Source: Nibricoccus sp. (GTDB taxonomy: Bacteria; Verrucomicrobiota; Verrucomicrobiia; Opitutales; Opitutaceae). Taken from it: a stretch of DNA of 64,000 nucleotides. The stretch lies in contig JASGHG010000001.1 in the NCBI GenBank assembly GCA_047602425.1, positions 1,472,001 through 1,536,000 on the forward strand, in the 5' to 3' direction. This document shows positions 1-10,503 of this stretch, piece by piece. The position numbers and the translations under genes are program-made. Each line of letters opens with the position of its first letter. Within the stretch, counting starts at the first letter, position 1. The notes beneath the pieces were generated by a model. The model did not search any database, was not told the DNA's origin, and worked only from the letters and a program-made list of their open reading frames with translations.

Positions 1-2926
1 TCATGCCTTCGGGTTCGTCTTCGGCACGCCAGAGCAAACGCTTCCAATCGAGCGTGGCGATATCCGCCTGGAACTCGTGGGAGACTTCGTCGGTGAGGAA
101 TTGCGCGCGGGCGCGGCTCTCGGCGAGTTTCACTTCGCAACGGCTGAATTCCGCCTGCGAGGTCTCAGCTTCGGTGCGAAGGCCGTGCTGTGTGGCCTCG
201 ACCGCATTGATGTCGCGTTCGATGTCGACGAGTTCCTTGCGGATGATCTCCACCTGCTGTTGGGCGACAACGAGTGTTTCGGCAATCTGTGTGCCGCGGT
301 AGCGCTTCGAGTCGGTTTCGTGCTCGAGGTTGTTGATCTGCTCAGTCCATGCTTCGATTTCCTGCTGGCGTTGCACGAGAAGTTCGCCGAGCTGGCCGCG
401 GCGGCGTTGCATGTCGGCGATACCACGGTCGAGCACTTCGACTTTTTGGCGGTGTTCGGCCAGTTCGAGACGGGCCTGACCCAAGGTCTCACGCTTCTGG
501 TCGCGATCGGTGCGGACTTCGACGATGCGTGTCTCCAGTTGTTGGATACGCTCGCGGCCCTGCGTGACGGTGCTGTCGGCTTCGGCCAGTTGGGCCTGGG
601 CTTTTTCCCAGCGGTTGTGAGCCTCGTTGCGCGCGGCTTCAAGGGCACCGACTTCGGATTCCTTGCGGGTGAGACGCGTGGCGATCTCTTCGAGCGTGCG
701 CTGGGCGTTGCGCTGCTCGGCCTGCACGGCGGCGAGTTGCTGCGTGGCCGTGAGCACTTCGGCGCGCTTGGTTTCCACCAAGGCCTCGGCCTCGGCGATG
801 CGCGCGTTGAGCGCATCCATCAGCGCCTTTTGTTCGTCGTGCTGGCGTTGATCCTCGATGAGGGCCTTGCCGGTTTCGCGCAGGTCGATCTCGCGCTGCA
901 CGATGCTGTGCGAGGATTTTTTACCCGCGTGTCCGCCGGAAACGAGACCGCGACGGTCGACGACCTCGCCCTTGCGCGTGGCGACGGCGAGAAACGAGAA
1001 TGAAGAATTCGCTTTCCAAAATTCGAGAAACGCGCCGAGGTCTTCGGCGACGTAGCAACTCGCGAGCAGGCTGTAGACCGGGTGATTCGCGTCCGCGTGC
1101 GTGAGAATCGACGTCGCGGGTGCAAGAAACGCGGGCAAATCTTCCGCGCCGGCTTCCGTTTTCGGACCTCCGACTTCCGTGACCTGAAGGCAGACGCTGC
1201 CGATTTGTTCGTTTTCGAGTTGCGCGAGAATCTTGTGCGCCGTGCCGAGGTCGGCGACCGAGATCGCTTCCACCGCCGAACCAAGAAACGCCTCCAAGGT
1301 GCGGCCGAATTCCGGTTTCACCTCGATGCCCTGCGTGACCGGCAGCGGTTTCGCGCCGTTGAGCAAGCCGTCGAGGCGGCCCTGCAAAATGGCTTTCGCG
1401 CCTTCGCCGAAGCCTTCGAGTTTTTCCTGGAGCTGCTGGAGCAGTTTCAACCGCGCGGTGCGTTGCGCGACCTGGCGGTCGATTTCCTGCAGCTTGCGCT
1501 GACCGTCGCGGAACTCGCGCGTCATGTTGACGACGGATTGCTGCGCTTCGGACGACTCCTGATTGGCGCGGGATTTCGCGGTGAGCGCTTCTTCGACGCG
1601 AGCTTCGAATTCGGCGACGACTTGCGCGGCGGCGCTCTGCTGCTGGCGGATGCCTTCGATTTCCTGCAACAGCGAGTCGTGTTTGTGCACGCTCGTCTTC
1701 TGGTCGACCTCGTAGGCCGAGCAGTCGGTGCGCAAACGCGCGACCGTGCTTTCCAGCGTGAGGAGTTGGAATTTCGACTGCTGCAGCTCCTGTTCGAGCT
1801 TGCCGAGTTCGCCTTCGACGATGGCGAGTTCGCGGTTGCGGTTTTGGAACGAGGCGTCGGACGAGCCGAGCAGGCTCAACTGCATCTGTTTGTCCTGCGC
1901 GCCAGTGTCCACTTGCGCGGCAAGTTCGCGGAGTTGCATTTCGGTTTCGCCGAGATTCTGGCGCGAGGCCTCAAGGCGGTCCTGCAAACCGGCGCGTTTG
2001 ATCTGCGCGAGGTTGGCGGCGTTTTCCGATTGTTCTTTTTCCGAGCGAAGATCGAAGACGGCCTGCTGCGCGTCCTGCACGCGCTGATTGAGGCGGCTGC
2101 GCTCGGCCTTCTTTTCCTCCAGCGCGCGATTTTCCTCCTCGAAACGGGTTCGGCGCGTGTCGGCCTCGGCGCGAAGCACATTTACGCGGCCCTCAAGTTC
2201 GCCCAACGTCGCAGCGAGTTGCTGATAATGGAAACCGCTGTGCGCAAGACTCTGGTGCCGCAGGCGGTGGCTGAGACGCTTGTAGCGCATCGCCTTCGCG
2301 GCTTGACGGCGGAGCGAGCCGATCTGGCGTCCGACTTCGCCAATGACGTCGGCCACGCGCGCCAGATTCTGGTCGGTGAGCGTGAGCTTGGCCAGCGCCT
2401 CGCGGCGTTGGCTCTTGTAACGGGTTATACCCGCGGCCTCTTCGAAGACCGCACGGCGCTCCTCGGGCTTGGACGAAAGGATCTGATCAATCTGGCCCTG
2501 CGCCATGATCGAGTAGCTGGTCCGGCCGATGCCGGTGTCCATGAAAAGCTTGTGGATGTCCTTCAGGCGGCACGGCTGGCCGTTGAAAAAGTATTCGCTC
2601 TGTCCGTCGCGATACACGCGGCGCATGATCTCGACCTCGTGAAATTCCGTGCCGAGTTGTTTTTCGCAATCGGTCAGAAGCAGCGAGACCTCGCACATCT
2701 GCGCGGGTTTGCGCGTGTCGGCGCCCTCGAAGATGACGTCCTGCATCTTACCGCCGCGCAGAGCCTTGGCGCTCTGTTCGCCCAGCACCCAGCGGATGGA
2801 ATCCGCGATGTTGGACTTGCCGCAACCGTTGGGTCCCACCACGGCGGTGACGCCAGGCTCGAAACGAAGCGTGGAAGGATCAGCGAAGGATTTAAAACCG
2901 TGCAGCTTGAGCGCCTTGAGATACAT
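1..2926 (-). CDS. smc: Chromosome segregation protein SMC (5' part, runs off the left edge)
   Basis: Not in the ORF track because it has no stop in the window. Reverse complement from 2926 reads MYLKALKLHGFKSFADP..., followed by Walker A VVGPNGCGKSNIADSIRWVLGEQSAKALRG and a long coiled coil. Confidence 0.95.
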   Translation of the reverse strand, partial: MYLKALKLHGFKSFADPSTLRFEPGVTAVVGPNGCGKSNIADSIRWVLGEQSAKALRGGKMQDVIFEGADTRKPAQMCEVSLLLTDCEKQLGTEFHEVEIMRRVYRDGQSEYFFNGQPCRLKDIHKLFMDTGIGRTSYSIMAQGQIDQILSSKPEERRAVFEEAAGITRYKSQRREALAKLTLTDQNLARVADVIGEVGRQIGSLRRQAAKAMRYKRLSHRLRHQSLAHSGFHYQQLAATLGELEGRVNVLRAEADTRRTRFEEENRALEEKKAERSRLNQRVQDAQQAVFDLRSEKEQSENAANLAQIKRAGLQDRLEASRQNLGETEMQLRELAAQVDTGAQDKQMQLSLLGSSDASFQNRNRELAIVEGELGKLEQELQQSKFQLLTLESTVARLRTDCSAYEVDQKTSVHKHDSLLQEIEGIRQQQSAAAQVVAEFEARVEEALTAKSRANQESSEAQQSVVNMTREFRDGQRKLQEIDRQVAQRTARLKLLQQLQEKLEGFGEGAKAILQGRLDGLLNGAKPLPVTQGIEVKPEFGRTLEAFLGSAVEAISVADLGTAHKILAQLENEQIGSVCLQVTEVGGPKTEAGAEDLPAFLAPATSILTHADANHPVYSLLASCYVAEDLGAFLEFWKANSSFSFLAVATRKGEVVDRRGLVSGGHAGKKSSHSIVQREIDLRETGKALIEDQRQHDEQKALMDALNARIAEAEALVETKRAEVLTATQQLAAVQAEQRNAQRTLEEIATRLTRKESEVGALEAARNEAHNRWEKAQAQLAEADSTVTQGRERIQQLETRIVEVRTDRDQKRETLGQARLELAEHRQKVEVLDRGIADMQRRRGQLGELLVQRQQEIEAWTEQINNLEHETDSKRYRGTQIAETLVVAQQQVEIIRKELVDIERDINAVEATQHGLRTEAETSQAEFSRCEVKLAESRARAQFLTDEVSHEFQADIATLDWKRLLWRAEDEPEGM

Positions 2927-3091
2927 GAAAACCGGGGAGTTGAGCGGCGCGCTTTTGACACGGCAATTGGAAAAAATTTCCAGTTGTTCACAGGGTATTC
3001 GCAAAGGCGGGCCTGATATTGCACGCAAATGAAACGGCTTGTCGGAAAAGCGCCGGGCAACCAGCCTCCGTCAGAATATCCGTGCCCCTGC

Positions 3092-3892
3092 ATGAAATCC
3101 CCTCTCGTCCTGCTTGCAGCTGTTCTAATGCTTTTGCTCTGCGGCTGCGTCTCAACGCCCGATCCAGACAAACTCAAACTAGGCATGTCGAAAAAGGAAG
3201 TTTCGAAAATCATGGGGGCACCTCGCTCGACTGACACCGATGGCGAAATTGAATACTGGAATTATTCCATAAAGGACGGTGCAACTGTTCCACTTACAAG
3301 CGCGACCACTCCTCCCGACGGTTCCAAACCATCCTACGACGCCGTTATTTTCGATCGATACTCTGCCGATCCTTTGAGTCGCTCGGCGAATAAATACAGC
3401 CCCTCCGATCCAACCGCCGACAACTTCCAGTCGACAACCACGAGACAGGGGCCAACTACGTGGTCAAGGTCCTTCCCGTTTACGATCGAGTTTTCCAACA
3501 ACCGCTTAACCGGTGCCGGATCAAGTCAAGTTTACGGCCTTAGGCGATTTACGGTCGATGGAGCTATCCAAGTTCTTTCCAGCACCGTTTCCTCGAAAAC
3601 GCACGATCCGACCAAAATCACGTTGAAAGTACGCTACAAATTCAGGAGCAAAAACGGGGGAATCTTGCAGCTCGCGTTCAATGTCGATGGACCCAATTCC
3701 TTCCGCGTCCTTTCCACTGAAGAGTTAAATAACGCGGAGGGAGAAATCGAAATTTCCGCGACAACAACCCCAAAAGACTGGGATGAAGCGTCACCGTTCA
3801 GAGCTGTCGTCTTGTTGCGGGAAGGAACCCTATCGAACAAAGGCGACGTACTCGGAACCAAAACGCACATCATCAGACCCGCGAAGCCTTAA
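3092..3892 (+). CDS. Lipoprotein with an N-terminal SmpA/OmlA (BamE-like) domain
   Basis: Lipobox LLLCGC, then KLKLGMSKKEVSKIMGAP...EYWNY, typical of SmpA/OmlA. Confidence 0.7.
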   Translation: MKSPLVLLAAVLMLLLCGCVSTPDPDKLKLGMSKKEVSKIMGAPRSTDTDGEIEYWNYSIKDGATVPLTSATTPPDGSKPSYDAVIFDRYSADPLSRSANKYSPSDPTADNFQSTTTRQGPTTWSRSFPFTIEFSNNRLTGAGSSQVYGLRRFTVDGAIQVLSSTVSSKTHDPTKITLKVRYKFRSKNGGILQLAFNVDGPNSFRVLSTEELNNAEGEIEISATTTPKDWDEASPFRAVVLLREGTLSNKGDVLGTKTHIIRPAKP

Positions 3893-3909
3893 ACGGCAAA
3901 AAGAGCGTA

Positions 3910-4293
3910 TCACCCCAACAGCTTCGTATACGCCGCGGCGTCGAGCAGGGTCGCCGCACTTGCGGCGTCGGCCAGCTTGATCTTGAGCATCCAGCCAGCG
4001 ATGTACGGGTCCTGATTTAATACTTCGGGAGCGGCATCCAGCGCGCTGTTCACTTCGAGCACGGTGCCTGCAGCGGGCATATAAAGATCGGAGGCAGCCT
4101 TAACCGACTCGACCACACCAAAGGTGTCGCCAGCCTTGAGCGACGCGCCGACCTTGGGCAATTGCACGAACGTGATGTCGCCGAGGCTGCTTTGCGCGTA
4201 GTCGGTGATGCCAACGAGCGCGGTGCCGTCGCCTGCGGGCTTCAGCCATTCGTGGGATTTTGCGTAGCGGAGTTCGGAGGGAACGTTGCTCAT
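3910..4293 (-). CDS. gcvH: Glycine cleavage system H protein
   Basis: LRYAKSHEW, GITDYAQSSLGDI and lipoyl-lysine motif VESVKAASD. Confidence 0.97.
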   Translation of the reverse strand: MSNVPSELRYAKSHEWLKPAGDGTALVGITDYAQSSLGDITFVQLPKVGASLKAGDTFGVVESVKAASDLYMPAAGTVLEVNSALDAAPEVLNQDPYIAGWMLKIKLADAASAATLLDAAAYTKLLG

Positions 4294-5390
4294 GACGTCT
4301 TCTTAAGTTCGATGAAGGGAGGTTTGACGGATTTCAGTGAAATTTTCGCGCCGCGAATGTCGACCTGTAATTCCTGCGACGCCGCCGAGGTGCCAACGAG
4401 TGCCGAACCAATTGCTTCGTTGAGCACCGGCGACAACGTGCCGGACAGTACCGTGCCCACCGTGGACTCCGTGTCGTCGAGCACCGGAGTGCCGGCGCGC
4501 ACGATGCGGCGGTCGCCGGTCTTAAAGAAGACGACTTTCCGCGGAGCACCGACCTTCGCCTCATGCGCAAGCGCGTCGCGGCCGATGAAACCGCCGGCTT
4601 TGTCAAGCTTCACCGTCCAACCGAGGCCGGCCGTCAGCGGCGAAATGAGCTCGCTCAGCTCGTGTCCGTAAAGCGGATAGCCCGCCTCCAGGCGCAAGCT
4701 GTCGCGTGCACCGAGCCCGGCAAGTTCGAGTCCATGGGGAGCGCCCGCTTCCATCAACGCCGTCGTCAGGCGCTCGGCGTCGGCAGCGGGATGATAAAGC
4801 TCAAAGCCATCCTCGCCCGTGTAGCCCGTGCGGCTCAAGATGCAGGGCACGCCCGCAACCGAACCTTCGGCAAAGTGATAATATTTGATCTTCTCAAGGT
4901 CGTCGTTGGTCAGCGCCTGCACGATCGCGACAGCCTTCGGGCCTTGCACGGCGACGAGGGCATAGTCGGCCGAACGGTCGGTGATTGTGACGTTATATTT
5001 CGCAGCTTGTTCGCGAATCCACGCGAGGTCCTTGTCGATGTTGCCAGCGTTGATGCAGAGAAAATAATTATCCGCGCCGCGCATGTAGACGAGCAGGTCG
5101 TCCACCACGCCACCCGTCGGATAGCACATCGAGGAGTAGAGCACGCGCCCGGGGAAGAGTTTCGCGACGTCGTTCGTCACGAGTTGATTCAAAAATTTCA
5201 GCGCCTCCGGCCCTTTCACGTCGACCTCGCCCATGTGGCTGACGTCGAACAGACCCGCTGCACGACGCACGGCCTTGTGTTCCTCAAGAATGCTCCGGTA
5301 CTGCACGGGCATTTCCCAACCGGCGAAATCGACCATGCGGTCGCCACGGGCAACATGAAAGGCAAACAAGGGCGTGCGCTTGAGACTCAT
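4290..5390 (-). CDS. gcvT: Glycine cleavage system aminomethyltransferase T
   Basis: LKRTPL, FAGWEMPVQY, GLFDVSHMG, SRTGYTGEDGFE, GARDSLRLEAG. Overlaps the gcvH start by 4 bp. Confidence 0.97.
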   Translation of the reverse strand: MSLKRTPLFAFHVARGDRMVDFAGWEMPVQYRSILEEHKAVRRAAGLFDVSHMGEVDVKGPEALKFLNQLVTNDVAKLFPGRVLYSSMCYPTGGVVDDLLVYMRGADNYFLCINAGNIDKDLAWIREQAAKYNVTITDRSADYALVAVQGPKAVAIVQALTNDDLEKIKYYHFAEGSVAGVPCILSRTGYTGEDGFELYHPAADAERLTTALMEAGAPHGLELAGLGARDSLRLEAGYPLYGHELSELISPLTAGLGWTVKLDKAGGFIGRDALAHEAKVGAPRKVVFFKTGDRRIVRAGTPVLDDTESTVGTVLSGTLSPVLNEAIGSALVGTSAASQELQVDIRGAKISLKSVKPPFIELKKTS

Positions 5391-5510
5391 GGCGACCACT
5401 ACGAGCATCGGCCGGACAGTCGGCAAGCATAGTTTTGGCCGCCGGGGCGGTGCGGCGGGCTTCACGCAATATATGTTCGTAAAACCACCACCTTGGGTAA
5501 ACTAGCCGCC

Positions 5511-6581
5511 ATGCAATGGTTCATTCTCGCGGTCGCCGTCACCCTCCTGCTCGTGTTTTTCTGTTCGATGCTGGAGGCCATGATCTTCAGTACCACCGTC
5601 GCCGACATCGAAGCGCTCAAACGCTCGTCCCCGCACGCCGGCGAACGACTCGAAAAGCTCAAACTCCGGATGGATGAAACGATTTCAACCATCCTCACGG
5701 TCAACACCATCGCCATGGCCTTGGGTTCCGCGCTGATCGGCGCGATTGGCGCGCATACGTTTGACGAACACGAACTCGCGATCGTCATGCCGATTTTCGG
5801 CATCGTGCTGCTCATCTGTTCCGAGGTGATTCCCAAAACCGTGGGCTCCACCCATCGCAAATCGCTGCAACCTTCCATGACGCGGCCGCTTTGGATCATG
5901 AGCCGCGCCCTCCGGCCCGTGACGTTTTTTTGCAATCTCATCGTGCGCCTCGTCATCAAAGAATCGTCCCACAAGGAAAAATCCGACGAGGAAATCATCC
6001 TCCTCGCCGAACGCGGTGCCCAGCAAGGCACTCTCTCCAAAAGCGAATCCAGCATCATCGCCAACGCGCTCTCGCTCGATGACATTCGCGTCAGCGAAAT
6101 CATGACACCCCGCACCGTAGTCACCATGCTGCGTCGCAACGCCACCGTCGGCGAAGTCTTCCGCGAATTCCCCAACATCCCGTTTGCCCGCATTCCTGTT
6201 TACGGAAAAAACATGGACGATATCGTCGGACTTGTGCGCCGCCGCGATCTCCTCAAAGCCAAGGCCAATGACCAGGACCTCGATCTCGTCGAGAAGCTGA
6301 TGCAGGAGATCAATTTCATTCCCGAAACAGTCACTGCCGCCAACGCCCTTCAGCTCTTTCTGAAAACGCATCAGCAGCTCCTCGTCGTGGTCGACGAATT
6401 TGGCGCCACCGCCGGCGTCGTCACGATGGAAGACGTGATGGAACATCTCCTCGGCCGCGAAATTTTCGAAAAGGACGACGTCGCCGTCGACATGCGCGAA
6501 CTCGCCCGCGCCAAGCTGCAAAAACAAAACCGCGCACGGCGTCCCGGCGAAGCGGGCGGACCGGCGGTTGGCAAAAGTTAG
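5511..6581 (+). CDS. CNNM/DUF21 plus tandem CBS domain protein (CorC/TlyC-like)
   Basis: FFCSMLEA, SEVIPKT, IMTPR, ARIPVY, VVDEFG..G.VTMEDVME. Confidence 0.9.
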   Translation: MQWFILAVAVTLLLVFFCSMLEAMIFSTTVADIEALKRSSPHAGERLEKLKLRMDETISTILTVNTIAMALGSALIGAIGAHTFDEHELAIVMPIFGIVLLICSEVIPKTVGSTHRKSLQPSMTRPLWIMSRALRPVTFFCNLIVRLVIKESSHKEKSDEEIILLAERGAQQGTLSKSESSIIANALSLDDIRVSEIMTPRTVVTMLRRNATVGEVFREFPNIPFARIPVYGKNMDDIVGLVRRRDLLKAKANDQDLDLVEKLMQEINFIPETVTAANALQLFLKTHQQLLVVVDEFGATAGVVTMEDVMEHLLGREIFEKDDVAVDMRELARAKLQKQNRARRPGEAGGPAVGKS

Positions 6582-6624
6582 AATCGGCTCGGTCTGATCT
6601 CAGGCTTTCCCCCGGCCAGGGCTT

Positions 6625-6653
6625 AAAAAGGGGGCCGACTCCACGTCGGCCCC
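6625..6653 (-). terminator. Intrinsic terminator for the BON/DUF1328 genes
   Basis: GGGGCCGAC-TCCAC-GTCGGCCCC hairpin preceded by AAAAA on + (U-tract on -). Confidence 0.7.
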
Positions 6654-6708
6654 ACCACTTCCCACCTGCCATCGGTCTCCGCCCGTGGTTGTTGTTTGTC
6701 GATCAGGA

Positions 6709-6876
6709 TCAAGCAACGGGAGGACGCCGCCCAAAAAATAACGAAACAACGAACAGCACCAGAAACAACAGGAACAGGATTTTCGCGAAGCCAATCGCGG
6801 TGCCCGCAATTCCCGTGAAGCCGAGCAGGCCGGCAAGGATTGCGATGATCAAAAAAGTAATGGACCAGTTTAACAT
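6709..6876 (-). CDS. DUF1328 (YtjA-like) small membrane protein, 55 aa
   Basis: Manual translation [55 protein letters not shown]. Lies next to an OsmY-like gene, the usual context. Confidence 0.92.
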   Translation of the reverse strand: MLNWSITFLIIAILAGLLGFTGIAGTAIGFAKILFLLFLVLFVVSLFFGRRPPVA

Positions 6877-6980
6877 AACGAACGGAGGTTGAGTTCAGGA
6901 GTGATGGTGAAGAATGGCTGGTTGGCCGATGCCATTAGGGGCACCGGCCAACCCGGCGATTTTTTGTTTTTTGAGGGCGG

Positions 6981-7772
6981 TTAATCGGAGCCCGCCATGC
7001 TCCTCGAAATGACCATCTCGTTGTGCACATCGCGCACGCCTTCGACGCTCTTGGCGAGCTTGGTCACGAGGTCTTTTTCCGCGGAATTCTTGGCTTCGCC
7101 TCGGACGGTCACGACGCCGTTTTCCGTGGTCACTTCAGTGCGCAGTGCGCTGGTGGCGCGTTCCGCACCGAGCGCATATTTGATCTTGGCTGTGATCGCA
7201 CCGTCATCGATTTTCTCGCCCATGGAGCGGTCCGACGCCGAAGCGGAGGATCGATTCTTGTCGGGTTCGACTTGGATATTGTTAACCACGCGTTTTACGC
7301 CCCGGACATCGGCGGCGTACCTGGCGGCCAGCGATTTTTCGGCTTCGCTCTCGGCCGAACCGGTCAAGGTGACCACGCCTTCATTCGAGGACACTTTGGT
7401 GTGAATGAGGCTGACGTTCTTGTGCAAGAGCAGCGCACCCCTGACTTCCGTCGCGATGCGTTCGTCGGACGGCTGTTTGGCGATGCGCATTTCGTCGTTG
7501 ACGCGTTGCACACCGGGAATGTCGCGCGCGGTTTCGAGGGCGATGTTCCGCTGTTTTTCGTTATCAATTTCGCCCTTGAGCGTTACAATGCCGTTTTCCG
7601 AATCGATGGAGACGTCGGCGCTCTTCAGCTGGGTTTGGTAAGCCTCGGAGTTCTTAAACGTCTTTTCGATCTGATCGTCTTGGTCCGCCGCGAGTGCCGA
7701 AAGGGAACCGGCCATGCCGGCAATCGAAACAAGGGCAACGGCGACAAGTTTTCGTATGATATGTGTATTCAT
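6981..7772 (-). CDS. OsmY-like periplasmic protein with three BON domains
   Basis: Signal peptide and three repeats of the (E)NG[IV]VT[LV]xG...A..[IV].GV..V.N motif. Confidence 0.9.
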   Translation of the reverse strand: MNTHIIRKLVAVALVSIAGMAGSLSALAADQDDQIEKTFKNSEAYQTQLKSADVSIDSENGIVTLKGEIDNEKQRNIALETARDIPGVQRVNDEMRIAKQPSDERIATEVRGALLLHKNVSLIHTKVSSNEGVVTLTGSAESEAEKSLAARYAADVRGVKRVVNNIQVEPDKNRSSASASDRSMGEKIDDGAITAKIKYALGAERATSALRTEVTTENGVVTVRGEAKNSAEKDLVTKLAKSVEGVRDVHNEMVISRSMAGSD

Positions 7773-8136
7773 GTTGATGGGTTTTAACTGTCGTTTTTGT
7801 TGGCGGCGTTGCAGGTGTGGGATACCCAGCCGCGTGAACCCCGCCTATTAAGCCGCATCGATGCCACCACGGTCGTAAAATCACGTTAGTGATTATACGG
7901 TAAACGCATGCTAAGAATTTTCAAAATGGCCCTTCGATTGGGCTCCGCGGGCCGCAATGCGCTTTGCAATGTCACTGCCGTCGCAAATTGCAGATAACAC
8001 GATGACCGGCGGGACAAAATTTCGCGCAAAAATGTTCGGCGCCTAGGGTTTGTTTTTTGTTGCTGCCACCCCGGCCCTCCTCTTTCTGCTTTCCTGCAAC
8101 AGGGGATTTTCGACTCCGGTTGCGCGTTCAACCATC

Positions 8137-9675
8137 ATGTCACTCCTCCCCTTCTCCAGCCAGCTCATCGCTGATGTCGGTATTTCTCTCGGCGACGAGG
8201 GCAAAGGCCGCCTTATCCCCGAGGTCGAACACGAGCTTCGCGGCACCAAGTCGCCCGTCTCCGTGGTCCTGAAGGTCAACGGCGGCGCCAATTCCGGCCA
8301 CACGGCCGCTGGCATCAAACTCAACCTCCTGCCCGCGGGCGTGGTTGAAAAGGAGATCGCGCATCTCGCCATCGGCGCCGGCGTCGTCGCCGATCCGCGC
8401 AAGGTCTGGTGGGAAGCCCGCCCGCTCGAACGCAAGGGCTACGCCGTCCAATCCCGCCTGCTCATCGACGAGCGCACCCTCGTCTCCGACCTTTGCCACC
8501 GATTGCTCGATCTTTCGTGGGAAGATTACCGCACCAACGTCTTGAAGGAAGAACCGCGCGGTTCCACCGGCCGTGGCATCACGCCCGCCTACGGCGACGA
8601 AACCGGCCAGTGGCAGATCACCTACTCGGATTTCCTCGGCTCCCGGGAGTGCTTCGCCAAAAAACTCGCGCAGCGCGCCAATCGCGCCTGCCGAACCATC
8701 CAGTATGTCTGCCAGATCAGTGAGGCGACCTGGTACTCCTTCTTCGACAAGCTCACCACCGCCGAACTCCGCGCCAACGCCGAGGCCATCGAACAAGGCG
8801 TCTTCTCCAAGGACGAATTCGATTTCGTGCGCTTCAAGGGCGCCGCGCCGTTCACGCTGAATCTCGATGTGCTCACCGAGGTTTACTGGCAGGCCGGCTC
8901 CGCCCTCGCGAAAAACATCGGTGAGGTCCGCGAACTCATTCTCCGCGAAGTCCGCGCCGGCCGCACGATCATCGGCGAATTTGGGCAGGCCTATTGGTTG
9001 GACAAACGCCACGGCTTCTCGCCCAACGTCACCGCCTCGCACACCTACACGCCGGAATTTTTCGAAAGCGCCGGCATCCCCGTGCAGCCGATCCACACCT
9101 TCGGCGTCGCCAAGGCCTACGACACCAAGGTTGGCACGCACACGTTCATCACGCAGATGGACGATGCGCACCCGCTCGCGGTGAAGTTGAAGAAACTCGA
9201 ATTCGGCACCAGCACCGGACGCCAGCGCATGGTCGGCTGGTTCGACGCCGTGGAAAAAGGCGACGCCCTCCGCTACGGTGGTTATCAGGACGTCATGATC
9301 AATAAAGCCGACGCCCTCACCCACGCCGGCGACTGGAATGGCGATCTGCTCATCTGCACGCACTACGTCGACGCCACCGGCAAAGTTTTTAATCACGTCC
9401 CGCGCAACGAAGCCGTGCGCAAAACCCTGCGTGCCGTTTACGAAAAACACGCCGGATGGTCCGAGGACATTTCGGTGGTGCGCAAATTTGCCGATCTGCC
9501 GAAAAACGCGCAGAAGTACGTCGCCGCGATGATGCGCGCCACGCTCAACGTCGCTTATCACGGCGAGAAATGGCCCGCCACGTTGCCCAACCTCCGCTAC
9601 CTCGGCGTCGGCCCCGAACCATCCCAAATCATCAAGGACGTGCCCGCCACCGCCGAGCTCGTGAAGCTCGTCTGA
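8137..9675 (+). CDS. purA: Adenylosuccinate synthetase (long, divergent)
   Basis: [44 protein letters not shown]. Confidence 0.92.
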   Translation: MSLLPFSSQLIADVGISLGDEGKGRLIPEVEHELRGTKSPVSVVLKVNGGANSGHTAAGIKLNLLPAGVVEKEIAHLAIGAGVVADPRKVWWEARPLERKGYAVQSRLLIDERTLVSDLCHRLLDLSWEDYRTNVLKEEPRGSTGRGITPAYGDETGQWQITYSDFLGSRECFAKKLAQRANRACRTIQYVCQISEATWYSFFDKLTTAELRANAEAIEQGVFSKDEFDFVRFKGAAPFTLNLDVLTEVYWQAGSALAKNIGEVRELILREVRAGRTIIGEFGQAYWLDKRHGFSPNVTASHTYTPEFFESAGIPVQPIHTFGVAKAYDTKVGTHTFITQMDDAHPLAVKLKKLEFGTSTGRQRMVGWFDAVEKGDALRYGGYQDVMINKADALTHAGDWNGDLLICTHYVDATGKVFNHVPRNEAVRKTLRAVYEKHAGWSEDISVVRKFADLPKNAQKYVAAMMRATLNVAYHGEKWPATLPNLRYLGVGPEPSQIIKDVPATAELVKLV

Positions 9676-9699
9676 GTCGGACCGCCACGCAAATCTCTC

Positions 9700-9726
9700 A
9701 GGCCTGACCTCGGTCAGGCCTTTTTT
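9700..9726 (+). terminator. Intrinsic terminator after purA
   Basis: AGGCCTGACC-TC-GGTCAGGCCT hairpin followed by a T-run. Confidence 0.85.
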
Positions 9727-9766
9727 GTGCCAAGCTTCGGAAATCCACTCGAACCTGCCAAAAGAA

Positions 9767-9852
9767 GGTAGGGACGACCCGCCGGGTCGTCCGTCAACGT
9801 CGCTTACGAATGACTCGTTAAAAACCGAACGGCCCGGCGGTCCGTACCTACC
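9767..9852. repeat. GTAG-type REP doublet (REPIN-like)
   Basis: GGTAGGGACGACCCGCCGGGTCGTCCG ... CGGCCCGGCGGTCCGTACCTACC, an inverted pair with GTAG/CTAC ends. Confidence 0.7.
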
Positions 9853-9978
9853 TCCAAAACCTCAGAGGGGGTTATGCATTTGAAAGAAGAAGGTATAACC
9901 CTTTCTCCCTTTCAGCCTCAGATCCATCGCTCGCGGGATTTGACTGAACGAACAAATCACACATCCGTAAATCCCATC

Positions 9979-10494
9979 ATGCCACGTTACGCCGCCTTTC
10001 TCCGCGGGGTCAGCCCGATGAATGCCAAGATGCCCGAACTAAAAAAAGCTTTCGAGGCCGCGGGCTTCACGGACGTGAAAACTCTTCTCTCCAGCGGCAA
10101 CGTCGTCTTTTCCACGCCCGCCAAATCCGTCGCCGAGATCGAACGCAAGGCCGAGGCTGCGATGGAGAAAAAACTCGGGCGCACGTTCTATACCATCGTG
10201 CGGCCAGTCGATGCGTTGCAAAAAATCCTCGAAGCCGACCCATTTGCCAGATTCAAACTGCCGTCCGAAGCCAAACGCGTCATCACTTTCCGGCGCGCGC
10301 CGCGAAAACCTATCCCGCAGCTGCCCATCGAACTGAGCAATGCACGCATCCTCGCCACGGACGGATGCGAGGTTTTCAGCGCCTATGTGTCCGGACCCGA
10401 AGGTCCGGTGTTCATGACCCTGATCGAAAAAAATTTCGGCAAAGACGTGACCACCCGCACATGGGACACAGTCCGCAAGTGCGCCGGAGCCTGA
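9979..10494 (+). CDS. DUF1697 family protein
   Basis: RYAAFLRGV, M.ELKKAFE..GF.DVKTLLSSGNVVF and C-terminal TTRTWDTV. Confidence 0.9.
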   Translation: MPRYAAFLRGVSPMNAKMPELKKAFEAAGFTDVKTLLSSGNVVFSTPAKSVAEIERKAEAAMEKKLGRTFYTIVRPVDALQKILEADPFARFKLPSEAKRVITFRRAPRKPIPQLPIELSNARILATDGCEVFSAYVSGPEGPVFMTLIEKNFGKDVTTRTWDTVRKCAGA

Positions 10495-10503
10495 GCTCAC
10501 ATC

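Noticed and set aside
77..3016. Long plus-strand ORFs 77-1003 and 1082-3016
   Set aside because: They are antisense shadows of smc, which has clear motifs on the minus strand.
3910..5390. Glycine riboswitch or missing gcvP as an anomaly
   Set aside because: The gcvT leader is only ~120 bp with no aptamer pattern, and gcvP is often encoded elsewhere.
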